The position numbers and the translations under genes are program-made. The notes below the pieces were generated by a model that was not told the DNA's origin, did no database searches, and saw only the letters and a program-made list of their open reading frames with translations. Positions 18,149-25,927 of a DNA stretch of 43,801 nt are shown here, one piece after another. The stretch's first letter is position 1. Each line of letters starts with the position of its first letter. The DNA comes from a virus (taxonomy: Duplodnaviria; Caudoviricetes), in IMG/VR virus record IMGVR_UViG_3300027697_000035, positions 1-43,801 of that record; one strand, 5' to 3'.

Positions 18149-18625
18149 TTAACTCCTTTGAGCGGTTAAACCGTCAACGTATTCGGTAAATAATTCTTCT
18201 TTAGAAATCACAAAGTCCGCGACTTCGTTTGAGATTTCTGCTACATAGTTCATGCCGCGTGAAAGAAAAATTATGTACAGCAAGAAATCTATGTTGTTAG
18301 TAACGCAGCGCCGTACTGCATAAACTGTTTTCTTGGAAACCAACTCGTTGGCTTCCAGTTTGGGCACCAGATGTGCCCATGAATTTGTCAATGTCGCCAA
18401 TACCGGAAGGATGTTGGCTCTGTGGGCTATAAAAAACGGATTGCTAGGCAGTGCCACCAGCAACGAAAACATCACCGAGTTAACCCTAGAATCGGGAATC
18501 GGTCTGTCTTTATCCAGCAAGTCATCCCAGAATTCGCCAGCTTCCGAAATTTGCATGAACAATGAATAGGCGTGTTCGTCGCCTATCCATTCGTAAATTT
18601 TACTACGTTCTGCTTCGGTCAACAT
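18149..18625 (-). CDS. hypothetical all-alpha protein with a DDxxD motif (isoprenoid-synthase-like?)
   Basis: FWDDLLDKD and LPSNPFF; fills the gap between two virion genes exactly. The function is uncertain. Confidence 0.6.
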   Translation of the reverse strand: MLTEAERSKIYEWIGDEHAYSLFMQISEAGEFWDDLLDKDRPIPDSRVNSVMFSLLVALPSNPFFIAHRANILPVLATLTNSWAHLVPKLEANELVSKKTVYAVRRCVTNNIDFLLYIIFLSRGMNYVAEISNEVADFVISKEELFTEYVDGLTAQRS

Positions 18626-20026
18626 TTATGCTGGCAAGAATTTCTCGGCGTTGATTTCTTTACCCTGTTTAGCCGTACCCGTGCGGGCTTTACGGATGCG
18701 ATCCATCATGGCGTATAGCACTTTTGCCCCAGCTTTACTAGACCCATTACCAAGCCCACTGACCACATCCGCAGGGATAACGAACTCGCCATCCGCAAGC
18801 CGCGCCGGCTGCTTTCCGTCAATGGTGGCTTTGATCGAATCACTCATGCCGTCACCGGGGCCGTCAAGATAACCTTCAACGGGTGCATCGCTTGCCGCCC
18901 CCCCTTTTTCCAACGAAGCAAGCCCATAATGCGCCGCAGGCGCACCGCCCATCGGATTCATAGCATCCCGCCGTGGGTCAATCGGCCCACCCATAGCGCG
19001 GCGCACAGGCTGAACGCCCCCCAATTGCCCAAACATAGGAGTAGCCGCAGGGCGAGCGGGAGTGGACGCAGGAGCAGCAGGGCGAGCAGGGGTAGATACA
19101 GGAGCAGGGCGAACAGGGGTAGGTGTCCTCGGCCCCATAAAGTTGGGGGATGACTGGCTAGGCCGCGAAGGCGCGGTAGGGGTGGGTGCGGGCGTGGTTT
19201 TTTTCTGACCCCCCGATATAAGAGAAGAAGGTACGTTCCCCGCTACATCTACTGCGGTCTGGAACGGATTAGACGCCGCCCCGCTGGTTGCCCCGGTAAA
19301 CGCCGAACTGGGGTTGCTAAAGATGCCCGTTGCCTTAGATATACCTTGATTGATGAAGTTCTGAATGCCCCCCGCAGATTGAATGCCGGGGATCAACTGC
19401 CCCCCAGTATAGCTCCCTGCGGCGTTCAACAAAATTTCAAGAGGAGAGCCGCCATTAACAGCAGTTCGCACCCCACCGTACGTTGCTGCCAATGCAGGGC
19501 CGACACCGGGAATAGCACCCAATGCAATTTGTGGGGCAAAGTCCGCAAGGAAGCTTCCAAAGTCTTGACCCTTATCGGGCAAGCTATGCAGGGCGTTGTA
19601 GTGGGCGGTAGCAATCTTATTGGGATCTCCAGTAGCCAGCGCAGCCCGTAACTCAGGCGTAAGGACGGGGGTATATCCGGGGGCGTTCTTCCAGTTTTGT
19701 TCGTAGTTCCGGGTATAAAACTCAGGCGTCAGACTGCTGACCGGCACCCACTGCCCCGTGCGCGGAGCACCAAGGGACGGAACTCCCAGCGCGTTGCTCC
19801 GTGCTTGTCCGCTAAGATTTGACCCTACCCGCGTCTGAAATTCTTGAGCAAAGCGATTCATGTCTGCGTCACGATTATCAACCCCAACAGCAGCGGAATT
19901 GGATAATACATACGGAACGCCGCCAATCATGGCGATACCATTATTTACTGCTGGCGCAGCAGTCTGTGCGGCAATCGCCCGCCCGCGAGGAGTTTGAGAA
20001 ATTTGAGACCCGCCCCGAGTTGCCAT
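18626..20026 (-). CDS. putative internal virion protein with C-terminal GPGDGxSDSI...GEFV domain (466 aa)
   Basis: AGGAG SD; hydrophobic Gly/Ala segment, Pro-rich linker, then GYLDGPGDGMSDSIKATIDGKQPARLADGEFVIPADVV. Confidence 0.65.
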   Translation of the reverse strand: MATRGGSQISQTPRGRAIAAQTAAPAVNNGIAMIGGVPYVLSNSAAVGVDNRDADMNRFAQEFQTRVGSNLSGQARSNALGVPSLGAPRTGQWVPVSSLTPEFYTRNYEQNWKNAPGYTPVLTPELRAALATGDPNKIATAHYNALHSLPDKGQDFGSFLADFAPQIALGAIPGVGPALAATYGGVRTAVNGGSPLEILLNAAGSYTGGQLIPGIQSAGGIQNFINQGISKATGIFSNPSSAFTGATSGAASNPFQTAVDVAGNVPSSLISGGQKKTTPAPTPTAPSRPSQSSPNFMGPRTPTPVRPAPVSTPARPAAPASTPARPAATPMFGQLGGVQPVRRAMGGPIDPRRDAMNPMGGAPAAHYGLASLEKGGAASDAPVEGYLDGPGDGMSDSIKATIDGKQPARLADGEFVIPADVVSGLGNGSSKAGAKVLYAMMDRIRKARTGTAKQGKEINAEKFLPA

Positions 20027-20039
20027 ATCAGACTCCTAC

Positions 20040-20564
20040 TTAAAGCTGTGCGGAGATGACGATCCAACGTGCATCTGTTTGAGAATAAATTAACGTCACT
20101 ACCCCCGAACCTGTCGTAGCAATAGCAGCCCCGGTATTTGTAATAATCTGATTGGGGGCACTACTGCTGGCGCTTTGATCTGAGATTGTCATGGCATACG
20201 CTGTGGAGTTAAACAACGTCACTTGCTGCCCATCTAACGCAGCATAGACCAAAGCGGAGGTAGAGTCGTAGACCGCGTTACCAGTTAAAAGCCCCGTGAT
20301 GGAAAACGGCGCGGTGGGGGCTGAAATTCTAAAGAACGTAGCGGCAGGAACCTCAAGATTGTTATTTGCCCCGTTTGCCACAGTAAGCGCAGTGAACGGC
20401 GTAATAAATTGCCCAGTAGATACGCTGTCTACGACGATCCCGGCTTTGGAATCCAAGACAGTGAAATACGTATCCAATGCTCGCGCAAAGCGATTGAAGA
20501 ATACCGCGTCGTACTCTTTAGGGGCGCTAGGGATACGCGGGGCTTGCGTATTTTTAAACGTCAC
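20040..20564 (-). CDS. putative virion (tail-associated) protein
   Basis: Directly follows the tail stabilisation gene; helical N-terminus (P.APKEYD...FARALDTYF) and beta-rich C-terminus. Confidence 0.6.
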   Translation of the reverse strand: MTFKNTQAPRIPSAPKEYDAVFFNRFARALDTYFTVLDSKAGIVVDSVSTGQFITPFTALTVANGANNNLEVPAATFFRISAPTAPFSITGLLTGNAVYDSTSALVYAALDGQQVTLFNSTAYAMTISDQSASSSAPNQIITNTGAAIATTGSGVVTLIYSQTDARWIVISAQL

Positions 20565-20566
20565 TT

Positions 20567-22528
20567 TTAACCCCGAGTGCCGTCTTCGCGCATATCAAGG
20601 CGCGGGGCACCTAACTGCCAATTGACCCCCAACTCCGACGACCCAATAGAAACCCCTATCTGACGGGCACGGGCGCGGATAAACACCTGCTCCGTGTACT
20701 GCTCTACCGATACCGTGGTGCCAGAGCTACGAGTAACTGTCCGCGAGAAGTCCTGACCCTCGGCGTTGGTCGTCATGTACGCAGCACCGGGGAAATTCCG
20801 GGGCGATAGTGTGAAGTCCACACTGGGGGTCGATCCAGTTGCAGACCCCACAAAAGATACGTCCGGGATAAGTCGGCGTACCAGCATGAACTTGTTGCCG
20901 TCCGGGTCAAGGTCTACGTTGTTAGAGGTAATGTAGGAGGTCATCGGGAGTTCCCCGGCGTCCGTACCATACTCGTGGCTGTACAAATAGTTGTCATCAC
21001 CACTTGCAGCCTGCGGGTATTGACGTAGCGGAGAGTCAGACCACGCCGTGCGACTCATCGAGTCGGTACAGTCTCCGTAGTACCAGATGTTTTCGGCGTA
21101 GTTAAAGATGACGTACTTATCGATGGTGTCGGAATTGGTGGAGCAATAGAACCACCAAACTTCATAAAATCTTTCGTTGGACGCAGCAAAAAATTGTTCC
21201 GTTTGCGCCCAATTTATGTCTTCAAAAACATGTTGACGTAGGGTACAGGGGATGGTTTCCACACGCCCGTTGTACGATAGGAACTTATCCGTCCCCATCC
21301 AATAGAAGACATTGTTTTTAGAGAGGACGGCGTTAGGGCCAATAAGCGAAATTTCGTTGGAGATTAATTTTTGCGAAAATACGTCTGTCCCCCCCACAAA
21401 CTGCACAGACGTTACCGAGCTTTCCGTAAAAACTAGCGTTTCATCCAAGTTGGCAACGGCCCGCAAAATATTGGAGCCAGTTTGAATTTTTAAGAACCCA
21501 GCGGTGGACGTTACGGGGGTCGCGGGATCCCAATTGGTATAATCATCTTGGCTTGACCAACGAACCAAAAGAGGATCGTAAGTAGCTGAACCGCCCCCGT
21601 ACGCCGTAGCCCCAAACGCCATCAAAATGCCGCTCTTGGGGTCAAACAAAATTTGCCCAACTTGATCTGGGATTGACGTTCCCGTCAACGCAATTGCATT
21701 GGTAGGAGACGCAGCGGGGGCTACCGCAAACGAAGTGTCAGTATCCCAGTAATAGATTGCGCCGTTCCGAATGTTAAAAAGCAAATCGGTTTCGTCCGCA
21801 ACCACGTTGTACCGCGACGCAAAGTAAACAATGCGGATGGGGATAGAAACAGCCGTTGCCGAAGCGATACCCCAGCCAGTCGTCGGCGTCGTTCCAAACC
21901 CACCCCACGGAGGAGCGCCCCAACCTACACCGGAAGCGGCGGTAGCAAACCCCGAAGGAATGTAAAAAAATGCCGTAATACTCGTGCCACCACCAGTAGC
22001 CGCAGAGGTCGCTGCGGTATCTACAGTTATTGTAAATGTGTTAACAGTGACGTTAGAAATGAGAAACTGAACGTCGTTGAGGCTGGTAGCGGGCACGCCG
22101 CCAACCGCTGTAGCCCCAGAAAAAACCACATAATCCCCGTCTACCGCGCCGTGCGAGTTGATAGTGACCGTGACAGTAGTAGACCCCAATACCGTGGTGA
22201 AACAGTTGTCGGTGTCTTGAGGAGCCGATGCGCCGGTATAAGTAGCGCGGAGCGGGGTGATGTCGTGCAGCGAACCGCCGCTTTCGACATAAATCTTTGA
22301 GTTAGTCCCAAGCGCAAGGAAATTGTATCCCGCTGCTGGGATCCAGTTAAACAACGAACGGCAGACGCCCAGATATGAAGTGACCGAGGCTTTTGCCCAG
22401 CCACCTATTTTCTGCGGGAAACCCGAAAGAAACCGAATCTTGTTGGACTCCCACCAACCACCTTCGCCAGCGTAGTTGGTTTGGTCTCGGTTTACCCCCG
22501 GCTTGAATATCAGCTTCTTAAGGGGCAT
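20567..22528 (-). CDS. tail stabilisation / nozzle protein (P22 gp10 / tubular protein B-like)
   Basis: 653 aa, beta-propeller-like aromatic-rich repeats (LVRWSSQDDYTNW, YWMG..KF..YNGRV, EVWWFY), ends in MREDGTRG; located just before the ejection genes. Confidence 0.75.
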   Translation of the reverse strand: MPLKKLIFKPGVNRDQTNYAGEGGWWESNKIRFLSGFPQKIGGWAKASVTSYLGVCRSLFNWIPAAGYNFLALGTNSKIYVESGGSLHDITPLRATYTGASAPQDTDNCFTTVLGSTTVTVTINSHGAVDGDYVVFSGATAVGGVPATSLNDVQFLISNVTVNTFTITVDTAATSAATGGGTSITAFFYIPSGFATAASGVGWGAPPWGGFGTTPTTGWGIASATAVSIPIRIVYFASRYNVVADETDLLFNIRNGAIYYWDTDTSFAVAPAASPTNAIALTGTSIPDQVGQILFDPKSGILMAFGATAYGGGSATYDPLLVRWSSQDDYTNWDPATPVTSTAGFLKIQTGSNILRAVANLDETLVFTESSVTSVQFVGGTDVFSQKLISNEISLIGPNAVLSKNNVFYWMGTDKFLSYNGRVETIPCTLRQHVFEDINWAQTEQFFAASNERFYEVWWFYCSTNSDTIDKYVIFNYAENIWYYGDCTDSMSRTAWSDSPLRQYPQAASGDDNYLYSHEYGTDAGELPMTSYITSNNVDLDPDGNKFMLVRRLIPDVSFVGSATGSTPSVDFTLSPRNFPGAAYMTTNAEGQDFSRTVTRSSGTTVSVEQYTEQVFIRARARQIGVSIGSSELGVNWQLGAPRLDMREDGTRG

Positions 22529-22699
22529 TTATTTTTCCTTGCGGAAAATCTCGATTGCCGAGATGACAGCACCCACCGCCAACCCAATTTGTTGCATAGC
22601 CTCAGGGTTAACCCCAACGCCCATCGTGCCCGCCATGATAGCGGCACCGCGCCAAGTGGAGGGTTCCCGCGCACGATCTAGAAAAAACTTAAGATTCAT
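22529..22699 (-). CDS. putative holin (56 aa; absent from the ORF track)
   Basis: Manual translation MNLKFFLDRAREPSTWRGAAIMAGTMGVGVNPEAMQQIGLAVGAVISAIEIFRKEK; two hydrophobic segments, basic tail, GGAGG SD, adjacent to the endolysin. Confidence 0.65.
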   Translation of the reverse strand: MNLKFFLDRAREPSTWRGAAIMAGTMGVGVNPEAMQQIGLAVGAVISAIEIFRKEK

Positions 22700-22710
22700 G
22701 GAGGATCCTC

Positions 22711-23217
22711 CTACGGAAGGTTAATTAGATTCTCGGCGATGCGCCGTGCCCACCCTTTACCATACTTATCAAAAACCTTCAACTCGGTCATGAATTTGAG
22801 GCGCTGACCGTTGAAAACCGCAGCGAGTTTGTACTGATCCATCGCTCGCACCGCCGCCAACGTCCCCTGACCGATAATGCCGTCGTCCTTAACCCCAACG
22901 GCCCGTTGAAGCCATTTTGCTGCTTGTCCCACTCCAGAGTTGACGGCTGCGTCAAACACCGCAAACCGCACCTGTTTAGGGAGGTCATCGGCGTGCAGCT
23001 TGTCCCAATAGTCCCGTTTGTAAATCTGCTGCGCTCGTTCCAGCGTCAGCCCTTGGATGTCTTCCATCGGATACGAATTAGCGGCAACGCCATACTTGGT
23101 GCCCAGCAATTCGCCAACGCCTACTTTGCCGCCAGTCCAGTTGCCGGGGTCGTTGCGGTCGTCGCTGTACCCACCTTCATGGCCGATAAGTACTTTGAAA
23201 GATTCCTCGAAAGTCAT
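22711..23217 (-). CDS. endolysin, glycoside hydrolase family 108 with C-terminal peptidoglycan-binding domain
   Basis: HEGGYSDDRNDPGNWT, TKYGV, IYKRDYW, FDAAVNSG, LQRAVGVKDDGIIG..TL, YGKGWARR. Confidence 0.93.
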   Translation of the reverse strand: MTFEESFKVLIGHEGGYSDDRNDPGNWTGGKVGVGELLGTKYGVAANSYPMEDIQGLTLERAQQIYKRDYWDKLHADDLPKQVRFAVFDAAVNSGVGQAAKWLQRAVGVKDDGIIGQGTLAAVRAMDQYKLAAVFNGQRLKFMTELKVFDKYGKGWARRIAENLINLP

Positions 23218-23447
23218 TTGTCTACCTTTGAATCAAGTTTATCGAAAATTCTCGACAGCATTTCTTTCACTTCTCGGATGTCGGCACGATAGTCTTCGCG
23301 GGCCACATAGGTTCGTGGAAGGTCTTCCCGTAGTTTTGCCAAATCCGCACGAAGTTCGACGCTGGCTTCCCAAACAGAGCGCCCAAACCACCCAATCATC
23401 GACGTAGTTGCGCCAAGGATAATGTTAAACAACATTTGGGAATCCAC
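23214..23447 (-). CDS. small membrane-anchored protein (lysis-associated?)
   Basis: N-terminal hydrophobic helix plus coiled coil (YVAREDY..DIREVKEML.RIFDKLD); overlaps the endolysin start. Confidence 0.7.
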   Translation of the reverse strand: MDSQMLFNIILGATTSMIGWFGRSVWEASVELRADLAKLREDLPRTYVAREDYRADIREVKEMLSRIFDKLDSKVDK

Positions 23448-23689
23448 TATTCATCCCCTGCGTCGTCGCGGCGTTGGTCTGTGGCGATCTTGATGCCGGT
23501 AATTAGCCCGATGAAACCCCCGACAATTGTCTGAAACGCAGGCAGCACAGCTTCAAAAATCTTGTTGTTGTCCACTTTCTCGTCGAACAATCCAATCATC
23601 ATGCCGCCCACCATCGACATTAAAATCATGGACAGCGTAATTGTAGCGATGAGCGTCACCCACACCGAAAGTTTGTCATGCGCGTTCAT
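23447..23689 (-). CDS. two-TM membrane protein (holin-like?)
   Basis: Two long hydrophobic segments and a charged C-terminus; lies in the lysis cluster. Confidence 0.6.
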   Translation of the reverse strand: MNAHDKLSVWVTLIATITLSMILMSMVGGMMIGLFDEKVDNNKIFEAVLPAFQTIVGGFIGLITGIKIATDQRRDDAGDE

Positions 23690-23692
23690 AAC

Positions 23693-24001
23693 TTACGCCC
23701 AAGGAAGCCTGTCGGAGATCACCGGATTTTTTTGCTGTTCAATTTGCACCGTTAAGTCAGCAATAAAATCGTTCATCCGTCCCTCCCGCAAAGTGGAAGT
23801 TATCCAATTGATGACTTCCGCTTCGGTCAAATTGTCAAACGGGATGAAATCGGGCGAAGATGGGTCTGGGTTGGTTCTAAACTCCCCGTACAGCGACGCT
23901 TGAAATTCTCCTTCTTCCCCAAAAAGCCGCCAATGAACCGCAGTTACCCCGCCATCCGACGCCCTACGAGTAAGCTGTTCAATTTTCCAATAAGTGTTCA
24001 T
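23693..24001 (-). CDS. hypothetical protein, tail-fibre associated
   Basis: W.I..L...VHW...FIPFDNLTEAEVINW...LPW pattern, which I recognise from ORFs next to phage tail fibres. Confidence 0.65.
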   Translation of the reverse strand: MNTYWKIEQLTRRASDGGVTAVHWRLFGEEGEFQASLYGEFRTNPDPSSPDFIPFDNLTEAEVINWITSTLREGRMNDFIADLTVQIEQQKNPVISDRLPWA

Positions 24002-24004
24002 TGG

Positions 24005-24298
24005 TTACCCTTCGATTAATCGTTGATTTTGGTTAGCAATAGCCAAGAACAACTGTTGAGTATTGTCCCCTTGAGCAACCATGTCGTTTCGGAAAGCCTG
24101 CACCGTTGCGCTGGTTTGACGAGATTGTTGGGAATTTTCAATGAGCAGCATTGGCATCCACGCAATGGCGCAATTCCATTCGTTGACATCCTGCCCAGTG
24201 TTTGGGTTTTTGCCCATAATTTGGGAGAACCACGCACATTGGATACCAATGCAATCTTTTTTAATTAACGGGCAAAAATTACCGGGTTTGAGTTCCAT
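24005..24298 (-). CDS. Cys-rich hypothetical protein downstream of a tail fibre
   Basis: CPLIKKDCIGIQCAWF...WNCAIAW followed by a coiled-coil-like C-terminus; AAGGA SD. Confidence 0.7.
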   Translation of the reverse strand: MELKPGNFCPLIKKDCIGIQCAWFSQIMGKNPNTGQDVNEWNCAIAWMPMLLIENSQQSRQTSATVQAFRNDMVAQGDNTQQLFLAIANQNQRLIEG

Positions 24299-24307
24299 TG
24301 CAAATCC

Positions 24308-25915
24308 TTAGTTTTTGGTTGCAATAATGAAATCTACATATTTAACTGCAAAATCCATAGCCGTTCCGGTAAACGTGCTAGTTGCAGTGTGCGTGTGCGA
24401 AGACACGGTGGTGTCGGATTCTGTGGAAGTGGCTACGGTTGTAGAAGTAGAGGTAAGCGGAGATCCGTCTTCAATGGTAGATCCACTCCCAATTAACGTC
24501 CTTGTGTAATCATGTGAATGTGACAAAAGACCATACTGCGAGGTCGAAAGGGTGGTGCCCGCATTTGTAGTAGTCACCGTACCGGCGGGAGTTCTACTTG
24601 TAAACGCCGTAGTGAACGCGGCAGTACCACCTGTCCCTGCGGTGCCAGAGGTAATAATCCGCAAAGCCGCGTTGTTGTATGCCGCGCCTGTTTCAATAGT
24701 CCACCCAGTCGGCGCGGCAGATTGTTGAAAAGCAAGCCGAGTTCCCGCCGCAAAAGTGGGGGTTTGAGTCTGCCAAGTTGGTACAACGCCAGCCCCAGCA
24801 GAAGTCAGAATTTGTCCCGAAGTGCCCGCAGACCCGCTGAGAGACAGCGCCCCCGAAATTCCTAACGTAGTGAACACCCCAGTAGTGGCACCAGTCGCGC
24901 CTATTGGGCCACTAAGTCCCCCCGGCACCGTCACCAGCCCCGCAGAATCGACGGTCAGTCGGGTAGTGAGCGTACTTGCACCGTCTGCCGTGGTACTAAT
25001 TACCAAATTACCCGGCATATCATTAGTGCCGGGAGTAGCATCTACGGATGATTTAATTTGCGCGGTGGGGAGAAAGTTAGTCCCGTCGTAGGCGGAAAAT
25101 GTAATAGTCCCCGCATTGTCCCCACTAACTACAGTGGTGGGAATGGCTAGCGAGCCACGAGCTTTGTAGAGGTCTATCGTAGTTCCGGTGGAGTCCGTAC
25201 TGTTCCGGCGAGACAAAATGTTGCTATTAGGCGCAGAAGCGGAATCTGAAGTGAGCGATAAACCAGCGGTCGTAGACCCCGGAGCCGTCGTAGCGCCAAT
25301 AACTAGCTGCCCGGAAGTGTTGATGACAACCGGCGTAGAATCAGGGTTAGCATCGTCCTCTACCAGCAGCGCATTGCCAGAGCCGGTTTGTGTGATACGC
25401 AAAGCAGCGGCGGACGTAGACCCCGAAATAACGGTGCCAACCGTGGACTCATTAGTGACTAGAAGCGGGCCTGTCTTAAGTTTGTAGTTAATGAAAGAAA
25501 CTATTGCACCTGCGCCCGTGCCACTACATTTAATGATGGCATCAAACCCATTTTCAATTACAACCGCGTTGCCGGAGGAATACGTTCCTTGAAAGATGTT
25601 CAAGGTCTGTCCGGTGGAATTGCGGATGAAATAGTAGCCAGCAAAATCGTTGGGCGAAATTTGCAAATAGCCAGCAGCGCCCAAAGCCCCCGATGCGGTG
25701 ATGATGCGTTTTTGTCCGTCAGATGCAGATCCGTTTGAAACGGTAAGGACGGTGGGGGAACCCGAGGATGTGCCGGTTACCGCAATGGTTGCAGCGCCTA
25801 CGATGGCGTTGTCAATGATGTCACTAAAATTGTTATTGGTGGTGACGCCCCAAGTACCGGCCTGTTCGCCAGTACCAATGAGTTCGATACCAAGATTGGA
25901 GTAGGTAGAAGACAT
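24308..25915 (-). CDS. tail fibre protein with C-terminal collar-like domain
   Basis: N-terminal MSSTYSNLGIELIGTGEQAGTWG anchor; T/S/G-rich beta shaft; C-terminal F.QSAAPTGWT...HSH...HTH...VKYVDFIIATK. Confidence 0.8.
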   Translation of the reverse strand: MSSTYSNLGIELIGTGEQAGTWGVTTNNNFSDIIDNAIVGAATIAVTGTSSGSPTVLTVSNGSASDGQKRIITASGALGAAGYLQISPNDFAGYYFIRNSTGQTLNIFQGTYSSGNAVVIENGFDAIIKCSGTGAGAIVSFINYKLKTGPLLVTNESTVGTVISGSTSAAALRITQTGSGNALLVEDDANPDSTPVVINTSGQLVIGATTAPGSTTAGLSLTSDSASAPNSNILSRRNSTDSTGTTIDLYKARGSLAIPTTVVSGDNAGTITFSAYDGTNFLPTAQIKSSVDATPGTNDMPGNLVISTTADGASTLTTRLTVDSAGLVTVPGGLSGPIGATGATTGVFTTLGISGALSLSGSAGTSGQILTSAGAGVVPTWQTQTPTFAAGTRLAFQQSAAPTGWTIETGAAYNNAALRIITSGTAGTGGTAAFTTAFTSRTPAGTVTTTNAGTTLSTSQYGLLSHSHDYTRTLIGSGSTIEDGSPLTSTSTTVATSTESDTTVSSHTHTATSTFTGTAMDFAVKYVDFIIATKN

Positions 25916-25927
25916 TTTTTAAATCCT

